From Kiritimatiellia bacterium (GTDB lineage: Bacteria; Verrucomicrobiota; Kiritimatiellia; RFP12; UBA1067): 64,000 nt of DNA. Under the pieces are notes generated by a model. It did not search any database. It was not told where the DNA came from and saw only the letters and a list, made by a program, of their open reading frames with translations. Both the position numbers and the translations under genes were made by a program. The stretch covers positions 8,221-72,220 of the forward strand of contig JAFQYM010000009.1 of assembly GCA_017406465.1 (NCBI GenBank), written 5' to 3'. Shown one piece after another: positions 19,929 to 29,200 of this stretch (its first letter is position 1; each line of letters begins with the position of its first letter).

Positions 19929-19958
19929 AACGACCCCTATCGCACATGCACTATCTTC

Positions 19959-21986
19959 TTAGGTTTCTTTATATGTGAGTATCATTTGTGCAACGTACTG
20001 CGAAATGTTGCCATTTGACGCAACATGCTTTAGCGTGTAAAGAAGATTTGCCCAATCCTCGCAGAATGCATTCGCCTCCTGCCGCGTCTTGGCAAGGAGC
20101 AAAAATGGCGTCGCCGTTTTGTCATTATCACAGGCAAACAGCTTAAGGTCTTTCCACTCATCGCTATTGTTGCAGTACTTCTTGATACTATAGCTGAATG
20201 ACGTCACTTCCACATCCGAATGCCTCTTGCGCAGCCAATCAAACTGCGCGGACAGCACATTGCTTGTAAATGGATCGTCTTGCGTGAAGAAATCTTCCCC
20301 ACCCTTCAAAAACACATAGAACAAATTCAATCCTGGCGAAAGCCTGCAATCTTTGCGCATAGGGCTGGAATTGCCTGTAAATTGCGCATAATCTTGAATG
20401 AAAGCCGCAACGACGGCATTCGAGTTAAGCCCCTTCAATTCTCGTGCCCAATCGTTCCCATTTCCATCTTCACTCAATGACAGTTCCTTGTTCTCCAACT
20501 CGCGCCGCTTGTCATAGAACTTGAGAAATGCCAGTTCCTCCGCCCTCGCAAGCAGGGCAGATTCGTTCGTCCCCGGCGCGGGGCCACGCGAACTCCCCCT
20601 CTTGTCGGCAAAGATGGCATTGCGCAATGCCGAATTTTTCGCGCTCCATATCTTTATGATCCGCAAGAGCGCGATTCCAATGACAAGCGCAAAAGCCATG
20701 ACAATCGATAGTATGCTTACAAAACTAGTCTGGCCGAAAGCACTATTCAACTTGGCACTTTTGGCGGCGAGATATGGCACCAGCGTACAGCCGACAATCA
20801 CGACAAACATCGGCTCAAATCCCCCGCATACGACAAGCCAGTCTCCACCGGAGAGGCCAAATTTCTCCATGTGCTTCTTCTTCATCACTGCATCATGTAG
20901 CGAAACGCCAGCCAATTGACAAACTGGCGCGACAATGGTGCCTAACACAACGACAATCCAAACCAGCCAAAAACCGTTCGACAAGAAAAACGCCCTGAAT
21001 CCCTCGGCCTTCCCAAGCCAACCATCCATATACAAAACCCATAGATCGTCAAACTCTAGAACCTTCCCTGTCGCAGTGCCCACATGCCCAGCAAGCCAAT
21101 GAGAGCCAGACCAAAACAGATATGCCAAGGCCGCAGCCCCTGAGCACATAATCAAATTCATGACAAGAGCAGCAGTAAGCGCGGCCCGGAATTGCCTTCC
21201 TGCCATGATTTTATCATCCTCGGCCGACACAAGCAGATTGCCGTTTATCTTTGCAAAAGTGTACACGGCACAAATGAAGGCGACTAATGCAGCCCAAACG
21301 GTTATTCCGCCAAGATGCTCCCAAACCCCAACTGGACAACGGGCAGACAAATTCAATATGCCACTTGCAAACACCATGAGGAGCGAGCAAATCCAGACGA
21401 GCGCTTCCACTAACGAGAAATCCTTCGGAGATTTCTTCGGAAAAAGAATAATCAAAAGCAACCCCATATAATAGCCATAGCTGCGAAGCGCTTTTGCCGC
21501 TGTTTCGGATATCACGCTATTGTCAACGGCATCTTGCGCGTAATGCAAGATGAACTTCATCTCAAAGAATCTGGCAAAAAAATATCCAGTCGGCAAAGCA
21601 ATCAACCACCACTTATATTTCCAAATCTTGCGACACGTCACCTTTAGCATTATCCAAATCCATTTCGCATCCCCCTTCATCGCACCCCAAAGGAAAAGCA
21701 CTAACAGCCAAACACCCAGCAACCCAAGTGACACTATAGACGCTAGCAGCGTTCGCATGAAGACCGTGAATATCCGTTCGGCATCAATGATGGGATTGCT
21801 GTTCAGAACATCATACCCCAATGGGAGAAGCCCCCACAGAAGCGGCGCGACAATCGCGAGACAGAGCCATCCCAACCGGCTGAATGCCGCATGCCCCAGC
21901 ACCTTGATCAAGGCGCACAGATCAACTAAACCACCCCACACGTTGACACTTGGCGGCAGACGCAGCAAAGACATTTTCTTACTCAT
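19959..21986 (-). CDS. Polytopic membrane protein with a cytoplasmic C-terminal domain, hypothetical
   Basis: More than 10 hydrophobic helices. Start chosen at the Met whose ATG overlaps the phosphatase stop (ATGAGTAAG); the track start at 22022 is also possible. Confidence 0.55.
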   Translation of the reverse strand: MSKKMSLLRLPPSVNVWGGLVDLCALIKVLGHAAFSRLGWLCLAIVAPLLWGLLPLGYDVLNSNPIIDAERIFTVFMRTLLASIVSLGLLGVWLLVLFLWGAMKGDAKWIWIMLKVTCRKIWKYKWWLIALPTGYFFARFFEMKFILHYAQDAVDNSVISETAAKALRSYGYYMGLLLIILFPKKSPKDFSLVEALVWICSLLMVFASGILNLSARCPVGVWEHLGGITVWAALVAFICAVYTFAKINGNLLVSAEDDKIMAGRQFRAALTAALVMNLIMCSGAAALAYLFWSGSHWLAGHVGTATGKVLEFDDLWVLYMDGWLGKAEGFRAFFLSNGFWLVWIVVVLGTIVAPVCQLAGVSLHDAVMKKKHMEKFGLSGGDWLVVCGGFEPMFVVIVGCTLVPYLAAKSAKLNSAFGQTSFVSILSIVMAFALVIGIALLRIIKIWSAKNSALRNAIFADKRGSSRGPAPGTNESALLARAEELAFLKFYDKRRELENKELSLSEDGNGNDWARELKGLNSNAVVAAFIQDYAQFTGNSSPMRKDCRLSPGLNLFYVFLKGGEDFFTQDDPFTSNVLSAQFDWLRKRHSDVEVTSFSYSIKKYCNNSDEWKDLKLFACDNDKTATPFLLLAKTRQEANAFCEDWANLLYTLKHVASNGNISQYVAQMILTYKET

Positions 21987-22641
21987 AGATGCTCCTTTCC
22001 GTATAAGGTTCCGTGAGAACAAAATCGTTGTCGCAAGACATTTGCCCGCTACAGCTGTTCAACATTAGTGAAATATGGCAGTTCGGCAACTGTCCCATCA
22101 CGTCAAACCACCTGACATCCCAGTGATACCACCTTGCCAAGAAGCACTTGATCGCCGTGCCGTGGGAAACGATAATGATGTTTTCAGGGCAGTCGGCGCG
22201 ATCGAAGCGGCGAAACAACGAATCCATGAACAGCGCCATGCGATCATAGACATCCGCACACGATTCGCCGTCGGGGAAGCGGTAGAAGAAATATCCGAAC
22301 TGCTCACGGAAAGCTCGATTCGCATCGTTCTCGTCCGTCGGTGGCATATTGCCGTATTCCTGCTCGCGCAATTCTGGATCTTGATAGTCAAATACCGGCT
22401 CTCGCCCTATTCCCTCCAACATCGCATTCTTGGTCTGCTCCGCCCGCACATACGGCGAACTGAACACCCCGAACGCCCCATCGCCAATCAACCCCGCAAT
22501 ACGCCGCCCCGCCTCTCGCGCCTGCGCAACGCCCGTGTCCGTCAACGCAATCTTCCAATCCGGAATCTTCGCATAGACCTCATGATCTACGTTCGCTTCC
22601 GACTCGCCGTGCCGGAGAAGTATGATGCGCTTAGGGGTCAT
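21979..22641 (-). CDS. Histidine phosphatase (phosphoglycerate-mutase-like) family protein
   Basis: N-terminal LLRHGESEAN catalytic motif and a C-terminal His (SHG). ATGA overlap with the upstream gene. Confidence 0.8.
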   Translation of the reverse strand: MTPKRIILLRHGESEANVDHEVYAKIPDWKIALTDTGVAQAREAGRRIAGLIGDGAFGVFSSPYVRAEQTKNAMLEGIGREPVFDYQDPELREQEYGNMPPTDENDANRAFREQFGYFFYRFPDGESCADVYDRMALFMDSLFRRFDRADCPENIIIVSHGTAIKCFLARWYHWDVRWFDVMGQLPNCHISLMLNSCSGQMSCDNDFVLTEPYTERSIYE

Positions 22642-25600
22642 GAGGGGTTGTCTCCACCTGATTCAAGGCGCTCTATACAAATGTGAGCAATAGCCAAGAA
22701 ACACGCCGCTGCTTGGATATTATGATCATGCTTTAAATATATTTTAAAAGTATATAGACAACAAAGCGCCGTCGTAAGAGTATACATGTCCGGTGTCATT
22801 TGTTTGTCTTTGAGCGCCGCCCTCCGTATTCGTCTCAATATCTTATAAACCAACGTAAACCGTCTATCGTTGGCAATGTAATCAGGCTCATCTTCATTAA
22901 CAGAAAACATCGCGTCGCATATGTATTTTCTGAATATGCGCACAAGGCGTGCCGCATATCGCGCACTACCACCAACACCTTCATCATTCCATAGGTCATT
23001 ATCAAACAACAAACTGATCGTCGCAGAAAACATGACATTAAAATCATGTGCGATATAGTCGCGTCTTGTCCTTGCAAAATCAATCAACCACACATCCTTC
23101 TCAGGGTTGCCATTCTTCTCATCAAGCATTATATTGGCATAATTCATATCTCCGTGAATAATACCCTGCTGACAATTAAATCGTTCTCCTGTGGTATCCG
23201 CTTGTACCAATTTATCAATCCGACCTTTTTCATCAAGCACTAATTTTCCATACCCAGAGATGTTGACAACTCCATTCCGACCTCCTTTCAACAGATTCTC
23301 GATTAACGTAATTATGCATTGTTTACATCGATTATCAGGATCTCTATTGTCGGATGAATATTTAAATTTATTATCATCGCTCGTCCTATTCTGTTCATCT
23401 CCGTTATAAAACACAACGATACTTTTACTATCGGGATAGAGTCGTTCTTTAATTGACTTCAAGATTGCACCATCTAATTTAGGCTCCACCTCGCTATTCT
23501 TGACAATCGCATATAGCGTTTGCCCTGGCATCGGATGTCGATATTTAGCCACATGCTCGGCTACTACACCTTTTAAAACAACTGTAATCTTGGAATAATC
23601 ATTCACTCCTTGTTTATTCTGTATCTCGTATGCCTCAATTGCATGGCGGCCAACATCATCCTTGCACAAACCATGAAATTCAAAGGCCTTAATCTTTGGG
23701 GCCCTACGAACACAAGCCTCTTCCTGCGAAACAAAGCACTCTACATCATAATACTTTGCGATTGGCATTCGAGACAAATAGTTGCCGACAAAACCATTTT
23801 TCGACAGCACCTTTTCCCCTAATATATGGTTGGGGAAAGACGACATGGCTTTCTCAATCTCAAGATCAAATGAAATGCCATGTATCTTTGGCAATATATC
23901 GTCAAATATTGAATCAAATACACTCGCATACTTTTCATAGTCGCAACGCGCGAAAAACTTTATGTCATTAGAAAGCTTTTCTTTCATCGTTGACAAATTA
24001 TGCGAAGGGTCGTTCTTCCCCGCGAAGGAGTACACGATAGCCGAATTGTCTTTATCGACGACTTTGTTCTTCGTCTCGATTCTTCCACATTCATTTGCTA
24101 TATATGGCCGAATAAAACGGAAGTACCGTTCGAACTCGGTCATAGTATTAAATGCCGAATCAATCTTAACGATTACAGGACTTTGCAATGGTTTTTCATG
24201 GCCCTCAATTGTTTTCCATGCCTTGAATGTCACAGCGGAACTCATGCCGCCGCCCATTGGCTTGATATGTATTCTCTTTCCGGGCAGTTTCTCTAGTACT
24301 TTATAAGTGAGATACATGCGTTCCTGCTCATGTTCGCTACAAAAACTTGCACTCCGTCCAGTCTCAATGGAAAACATGTCTCGATCACACAATCCAAGCC
24401 GTCCCAATGAATCCCATTCCTTTCCCCATTTCTGAAACGAAAGCAATGAAATCATATGACGGGGCAACTTTTCAACATCCTCTTTCCTAATAAACCAATC
24501 TGCCCCAGCTGCAAACGCACGTGAAATATGCCCCATATCATCATATCTCGAATAGATGACAACAGGGATTTGCGGAAAGAACTGCTTAATATATTTTATC
24601 AATTGATACCCAGAAGGATCGTGGCCCGGGTGATCGGCAAGTCTTAGATCCAACAATACAAAATCATAAGATTTATGTGAATCACTTATTTGCCTGAACT
24701 GAGATATAGCCTGTCGAACAACGGTATTGTCACCAGGTATATCCGCCCGAACGGAGATTGGCTCAATAGCCATCACAGGTTTTGTCCTGGCCTCAATATC
24801 TTTCTTTGCATTCTCCGCATCATCATCAATTAACAATCCTGAGAATCTGATTACTGGCGAGAAATACGCGACTTGCGAACCGCCCGGTTCATAAATCACT
24901 TCCTCGCTGAATTTCTTACCACAGTCCTCGTCGTTCAAGTTGTTGCCTTTGACGAATAGACTTGATAATGACGCCATTTCACTCTCGAAAACGACTTCCC
25001 TAAGTCGCTTGAACAACGACTTACTTTCATAGCGTCTTCTCAACTGTTCCTTGTACTTTTTCCAAACACCACCCGGATCATCCTTCAGATTCTTAACATC
25101 GATTGTCCCGTCCGTTCCATGAACATCTTCATCCAGCATGCAAAACCGCCTAAATGCACCAGCCATCCAGTCTTTTATGTCTTCAGCTGACAATCCTTCT
25201 TTCAATTTCTCATCCGACCTCCACGCTTTCATGCGCAATAGCATATCCCGCACAAGGTCGACAGTCAATGCGCCATCCGTTTTATTCGCTTTTCCCTTCT
25301 CAAACCGCAGGACAAATTCATTAGGAATCGAGAAACCAGCCCCATCTATGACACGGACTCGCTTTCCATTGCCCATCGCATATTCAAAATCAACGAAGAG
25401 CGGATAAAATTTCTCAACGCCAGAAAGCTTATCTATTTCAAGAGGGCCGTACCCAAGGCCACGACAGGCCTCTTTAATAACTTCAGCAAGCTTACCAACA
25501 GTTGATGCCGCCGTAACTGGAATAATTAACAATGGCACTATAGTAGCCACCTGTCCATCATTCGTAAGGCTTGCAAAATCTTGTGCATCATATGAGTACT

Positions 25601-26225
25601 GATACACTCGGTTGCTATGTTTTTTACTTTCCGCAGCCAATTTATCAGACAACTCCTTAACTTCAGCTTCACTACTTGGTAATTTCTTCAATCTCCATTT
25701 CGCCCCCGTCTCAACATCCGTCACATTGAAGATTTCCTTACGCATTGAACTAATTGCTTGAACATCCCATTTGACGTAATCATTATTAGCTTGTTTCCAC
25801 CTAGCGAAAACTTCTTGAAAAGCATTGTCCATATCAGAGACGCCGCCAGCATCACCCCCATCTCCCCAGTGGCAAAAAACATGGACAACATTGTCATGCG
25901 TGGGCTCGCCAACGACAACTTCCGTGATATTCTTTTCGATATAATCTTTGACAAAGGTTGTCAGACAATTATCAGCAACTCTTCCAGTGCGAATTACATC
26001 TTTTAGCTCATCAACGTCAGTACTCCTCTTAAGAATGATACAAACACTATCAATATCATCACTCCATTCCACCTTAATAGAAGCAGTGTCCCCTATGCTG
26101 TCTATGAGATCATCAGCACCATCATCACTACTATCAGAATCAAAACCCGATGACGCATCATATGGCATGCCATCATAAGCGTCAAACTCATCTTGATCTT
26201 TGGCAATAAAAACGGCGATTGTCAT
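22638..26225 (-). CDS. 1195-aa multidomain protein: acidic N-terminus, response-regulator receiver (REC) domain, RIO/Kdo-like atypical protein-kinase domain
   Basis: REC: LLIDDD acidic pocket, phospho-acceptor DFVLLDLRL, PVVIYS, FIRKE. Kinase: Gly-rich PMGGGMSSAVTFKAW, VIVKID Lys, catalytic IIHGDMNYANIML, WLIDFARTR DFG-like. Low GC. Confidence 0.65.
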   Translation of the reverse strand: MTIAVFIAKDQDEFDAYDGMPYDASSGFDSDSSDDGADDLIDSIGDTASIKVEWSDDIDSVCIILKRSTDVDELKDVIRTGRVADNCLTTFVKDYIEKNITEVVVGEPTHDNVVHVFCHWGDGGDAGGVSDMDNAFQEVFARWKQANNDYVKWDVQAISSMRKEIFNVTDVETGAKWRLKKLPSSEAEVKELSDKLAAESKKHSNRVYQYSYDAQDFASLTNDGQVATIVPLLIIPVTAASTVGKLAEVIKEACRGLGYGPLEIDKLSGVEKFYPLFVDFEYAMGNGKRVRVIDGAGFSIPNEFVLRFEKGKANKTDGALTVDLVRDMLLRMKAWRSDEKLKEGLSAEDIKDWMAGAFRRFCMLDEDVHGTDGTIDVKNLKDDPGGVWKKYKEQLRRRYESKSLFKRLREVVFESEMASLSSLFVKGNNLNDEDCGKKFSEEVIYEPGGSQVAYFSPVIRFSGLLIDDDAENAKKDIEARTKPVMAIEPISVRADIPGDNTVVRQAISQFRQISDSHKSYDFVLLDLRLADHPGHDPSGYQLIKYIKQFFPQIPVVIYSRYDDMGHISRAFAAGADWFIRKEDVEKLPRHMISLLSFQKWGKEWDSLGRLGLCDRDMFSIETGRSASFCSEHEQERMYLTYKVLEKLPGKRIHIKPMGGGMSSAVTFKAWKTIEGHEKPLQSPVIVKIDSAFNTMTEFERYFRFIRPYIANECGRIETKNKVVDKDNSAIVYSFAGKNDPSHNLSTMKEKLSNDIKFFARCDYEKYASVFDSIFDDILPKIHGISFDLEIEKAMSSFPNHILGEKVLSKNGFVGNYLSRMPIAKYYDVECFVSQEEACVRRAPKIKAFEFHGLCKDDVGRHAIEAYEIQNKQGVNDYSKITVVLKGVVAEHVAKYRHPMPGQTLYAIVKNSEVEPKLDGAILKSIKERLYPDSKSIVVFYNGDEQNRTSDDNKFKYSSDNRDPDNRCKQCIITLIENLLKGGRNGVVNISGYGKLVLDEKGRIDKLVQADTTGERFNCQQGIIHGDMNYANIMLDEKNGNPEKDVWLIDFARTRRDYIAHDFNVMFSATISLLFDNDLWNDEGVGGSARYAARLVRIFRKYICDAMFSVNEDEPDYIANDRRFTLVYKILRRIRRAALKDKQMTPDMYTLTTALCCLYTFKIYLKHDHNIQAAACFLAIAHICIERLESGGDNPS

Positions 26226-29200
26226 TTGTGTTCTCCTATTGGTAAAATGTTCATAATCGTATCGACCAGCACCATTTTCTCTGGGTATTTCTTAAAGAGC
26301 GCAGTCTCCACTACGGAAAATGGCAGTATCCGCGCTGAATCTGGAATGTTCGCAGGAGTGCCACGACCTGTCGTAATCACAACATACGGGACGAACTCTT
26401 TAAGCCTCTTGATAAAAGACTCAACCTTGCCACAATCCGTCCCCACGTGCGGCAACCACTTATCTATCAATCCTTGGTGGATAATCAAGATATCAAAACG
26501 CCAGTCGCGCAATGGGAGCTCCTCACAATTGGTCGCCGAAGACCCATTGACTATCGCATATCTCAGGAAGGCGTCGAATCTCCCTTTGTCTAATGTTATG
26601 AGCGAATCCAACCCAATCTTCTCTTCGCCAAACTTGGTCTCGTCAACGCACCAAATACCCATGCGACAAAATGTCTTGATCTCATCGGACCGATTTCGCA
26701 AAAACTTTGAAACCCGTTCGTCAACTATTAAAATACGCGAGAGCCCCGTCTCATACATCTTAGCAATAAGATGGTAATTGGTTAGTCGTTGATAGACGGA
26801 TTCATTCTGTCCAAGCATCATCATATCATTAAGATATGATTGTGTTCCGCTCAAAGGCTCCAAATACAACATTTTGTCTTGATTAAAATCATCGGATGTT
26901 GCATGCCGCATAAACGCAATGGATTTCCCTTCATTCCATTCCGCGTCTTTTTCATTATATACCAAAGATATTCCCAGTTCTTGCACAATCTTATTATCTA
27001 CACCATCTACGCCCTCCCCGCCGCTATTCCCTTTTATTTCATCATTCAAATCTTCTCCAAAACAACAAGGAAGCGTTATGATTCTCTCTTCATACTTCCG
27101 CAACATGACATCAGATTCTCTGTATGCCGAGCATAGATCCTTAACAAACATAGGCATCCCATTTGATTTATTCACTGCATTGCCTTGATACAAAGGATTG
27201 CCCTGCCTTATCTTAAAATCTGATGCATTGTTTCCAAGTGCTTCTGAAACTTTCGCGTGGTATTTCAATGCAATTGCGTAAACTGCTTCCAATCCCTTTT
27301 TATTGTCAACTGCCGCCATTCTTCTCAATTTGTATTTTTCAGCAAAGGCCGCGAACCCTTGTAAAAGACCATCCGGCGTGTCTCTTAAAATGCCCTGCAA
27401 CACAGAAAACCATCCATCCAATACCTTAAAAATCAATTCCCGTTCTGAATAATCAGCATCAGCTTTGACATCATTAATTTTTTTCCGTAATATCTCATTT
27501 TCACCAACAAAACCAAACACATTCCCATTTATATCAAGCGTTTTCGGCATAGCAACTATCAACGCCAAATACCAATAAACCTCATCTGCAATTATATTTG
27601 GGCGAAGCTCTCCATCTTTCAGTAAATTACCCACAATAGAACGGAACATTTCCTTAAAAACGAAATTCCACACATCCAGATTGCTCACCAACCCCTGCCC
27701 AGGATTCCCCGACGAACCTACTTCCGTCGTCAACACTCTCAACGCAGGCAAGCCAGAATCAAATCTCCTTCTCGTCTCACTCCAATAAGTTATCCACGCT
27801 TTAATCGCCTTGACTTTCAATTTCTTTGCGACAGCCTCTGCCGAAATCGTCCCATTCTGCAAGTCTTTCAACACATCATCATAAAATCCAGACGCATTCG
27901 GAACCATATCAACTTTGCCACTATTATCATTTGCCAAGACGCGGAATGGCAAATGAGGGTCTGCCTGTGAAGGGAACTTCGGCAAAACAACGAACGAATA
28001 GTTCCAATCCTCTTCGCTGTCATTCTTTGGCTTAACAAATCGACCGTCTTTTGGTGGTGGCACAACGAACACGCCTAATGTCCGCAGCTCTTTAATTATG
28101 TCCACATTGACACCAGTCGTATCACAGACAAAGGCAATATCTCTTGGACGAGGAATCGTGAAATGATACCCAAGATGATCTTCATTAGCACGTATTGGTG
28201 TTATTATAGGAATCCCTTTCGACATCCCTCCTATATCGGAGATAGAGCGCTTATTAAGATAACCAGCCGATATCTTCATCTCAGCAAGCCCCCAGTTCTC
28301 TCGCCGCAAAGACCCTGTCTCATCTATAAATGGCTTCTCTATCCTAATCTGCTGACAATGGTGCAATGGCATCCAAAGGCGATTGCCTAAACGTCCATCG
28401 CCAGGCACATCACCAATAAGTCGTCCCGCAATCCGCTTCAATTCATTTTCATTATATTTTAACAGACATGCATATTGCTCTTGATAAAAGACTGGCAACT
28501 GAGCCACAGAGCATTTCCCCGATAAAAACTCTGCAATGCATTCTTGCTCCGACGGTAGTAAAGAAGTCTGCAAGGCTTCTTTATACGTCTCATACCATCT
28601 TTTAAGCGACTCATCAGTTGTATGTGAAGTCCAAAGTCGTTTGCCTATGCCGCCATCGCTTGACGCCTCGCCCACAAGCCAACGCTCAATCTTCTCAATG
28701 GCATCCTTGTCCCGATTCTTTAGCAATAAATACTGTTTCTTGTAACATTCAGGCAAGGAGTCCACCGCCCCCTTCCCAGAGAGAAACTTTGAAATCTGCA
28801 TCCTTTCATCTCGCGTCAATCTCTGCAGGACATCTCTACACTCCTCGAACCACTTCAAAAGATCTTTATCAACCATCCAATAGTCATCGAACGTCGCAAA
28901 CACATTTGATATACCATCATAAACATCAACCAAAACCGCCCTTCCGTCATCGTCTGCGGCGAAATCGACATAAACATCCAGATTTGTCTTTTCTCCTTTA
29001 AACTTTGACCAACCATGCTTTGCTGCGTTTCGAATTACATTCTCAAGAATAGTAAAGAATGCATGAGAGCCGACAATGCCACCCGGCAATGCAACTGCTA
29101 AATCGCTTGAAAATTTATCATTGTCTCTCACACTCTTTTTAGCATTCGCGACATTGGATGCATTTTCAACAATAGGATCATCGCTATAGGTAATAAATTC

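Noticed and set aside
22650-22800. AT-rich stretch that looked like an intergenic promoter region or mobile-element end
   Set aside because: It is still inside the C-terminal coding region of the 1195-aa gene (…CLYTFKIYLKHDHNIQAAACFLAIAHICIERLESGGDNPS*). No inverted or direct repeats typical of IS ends.
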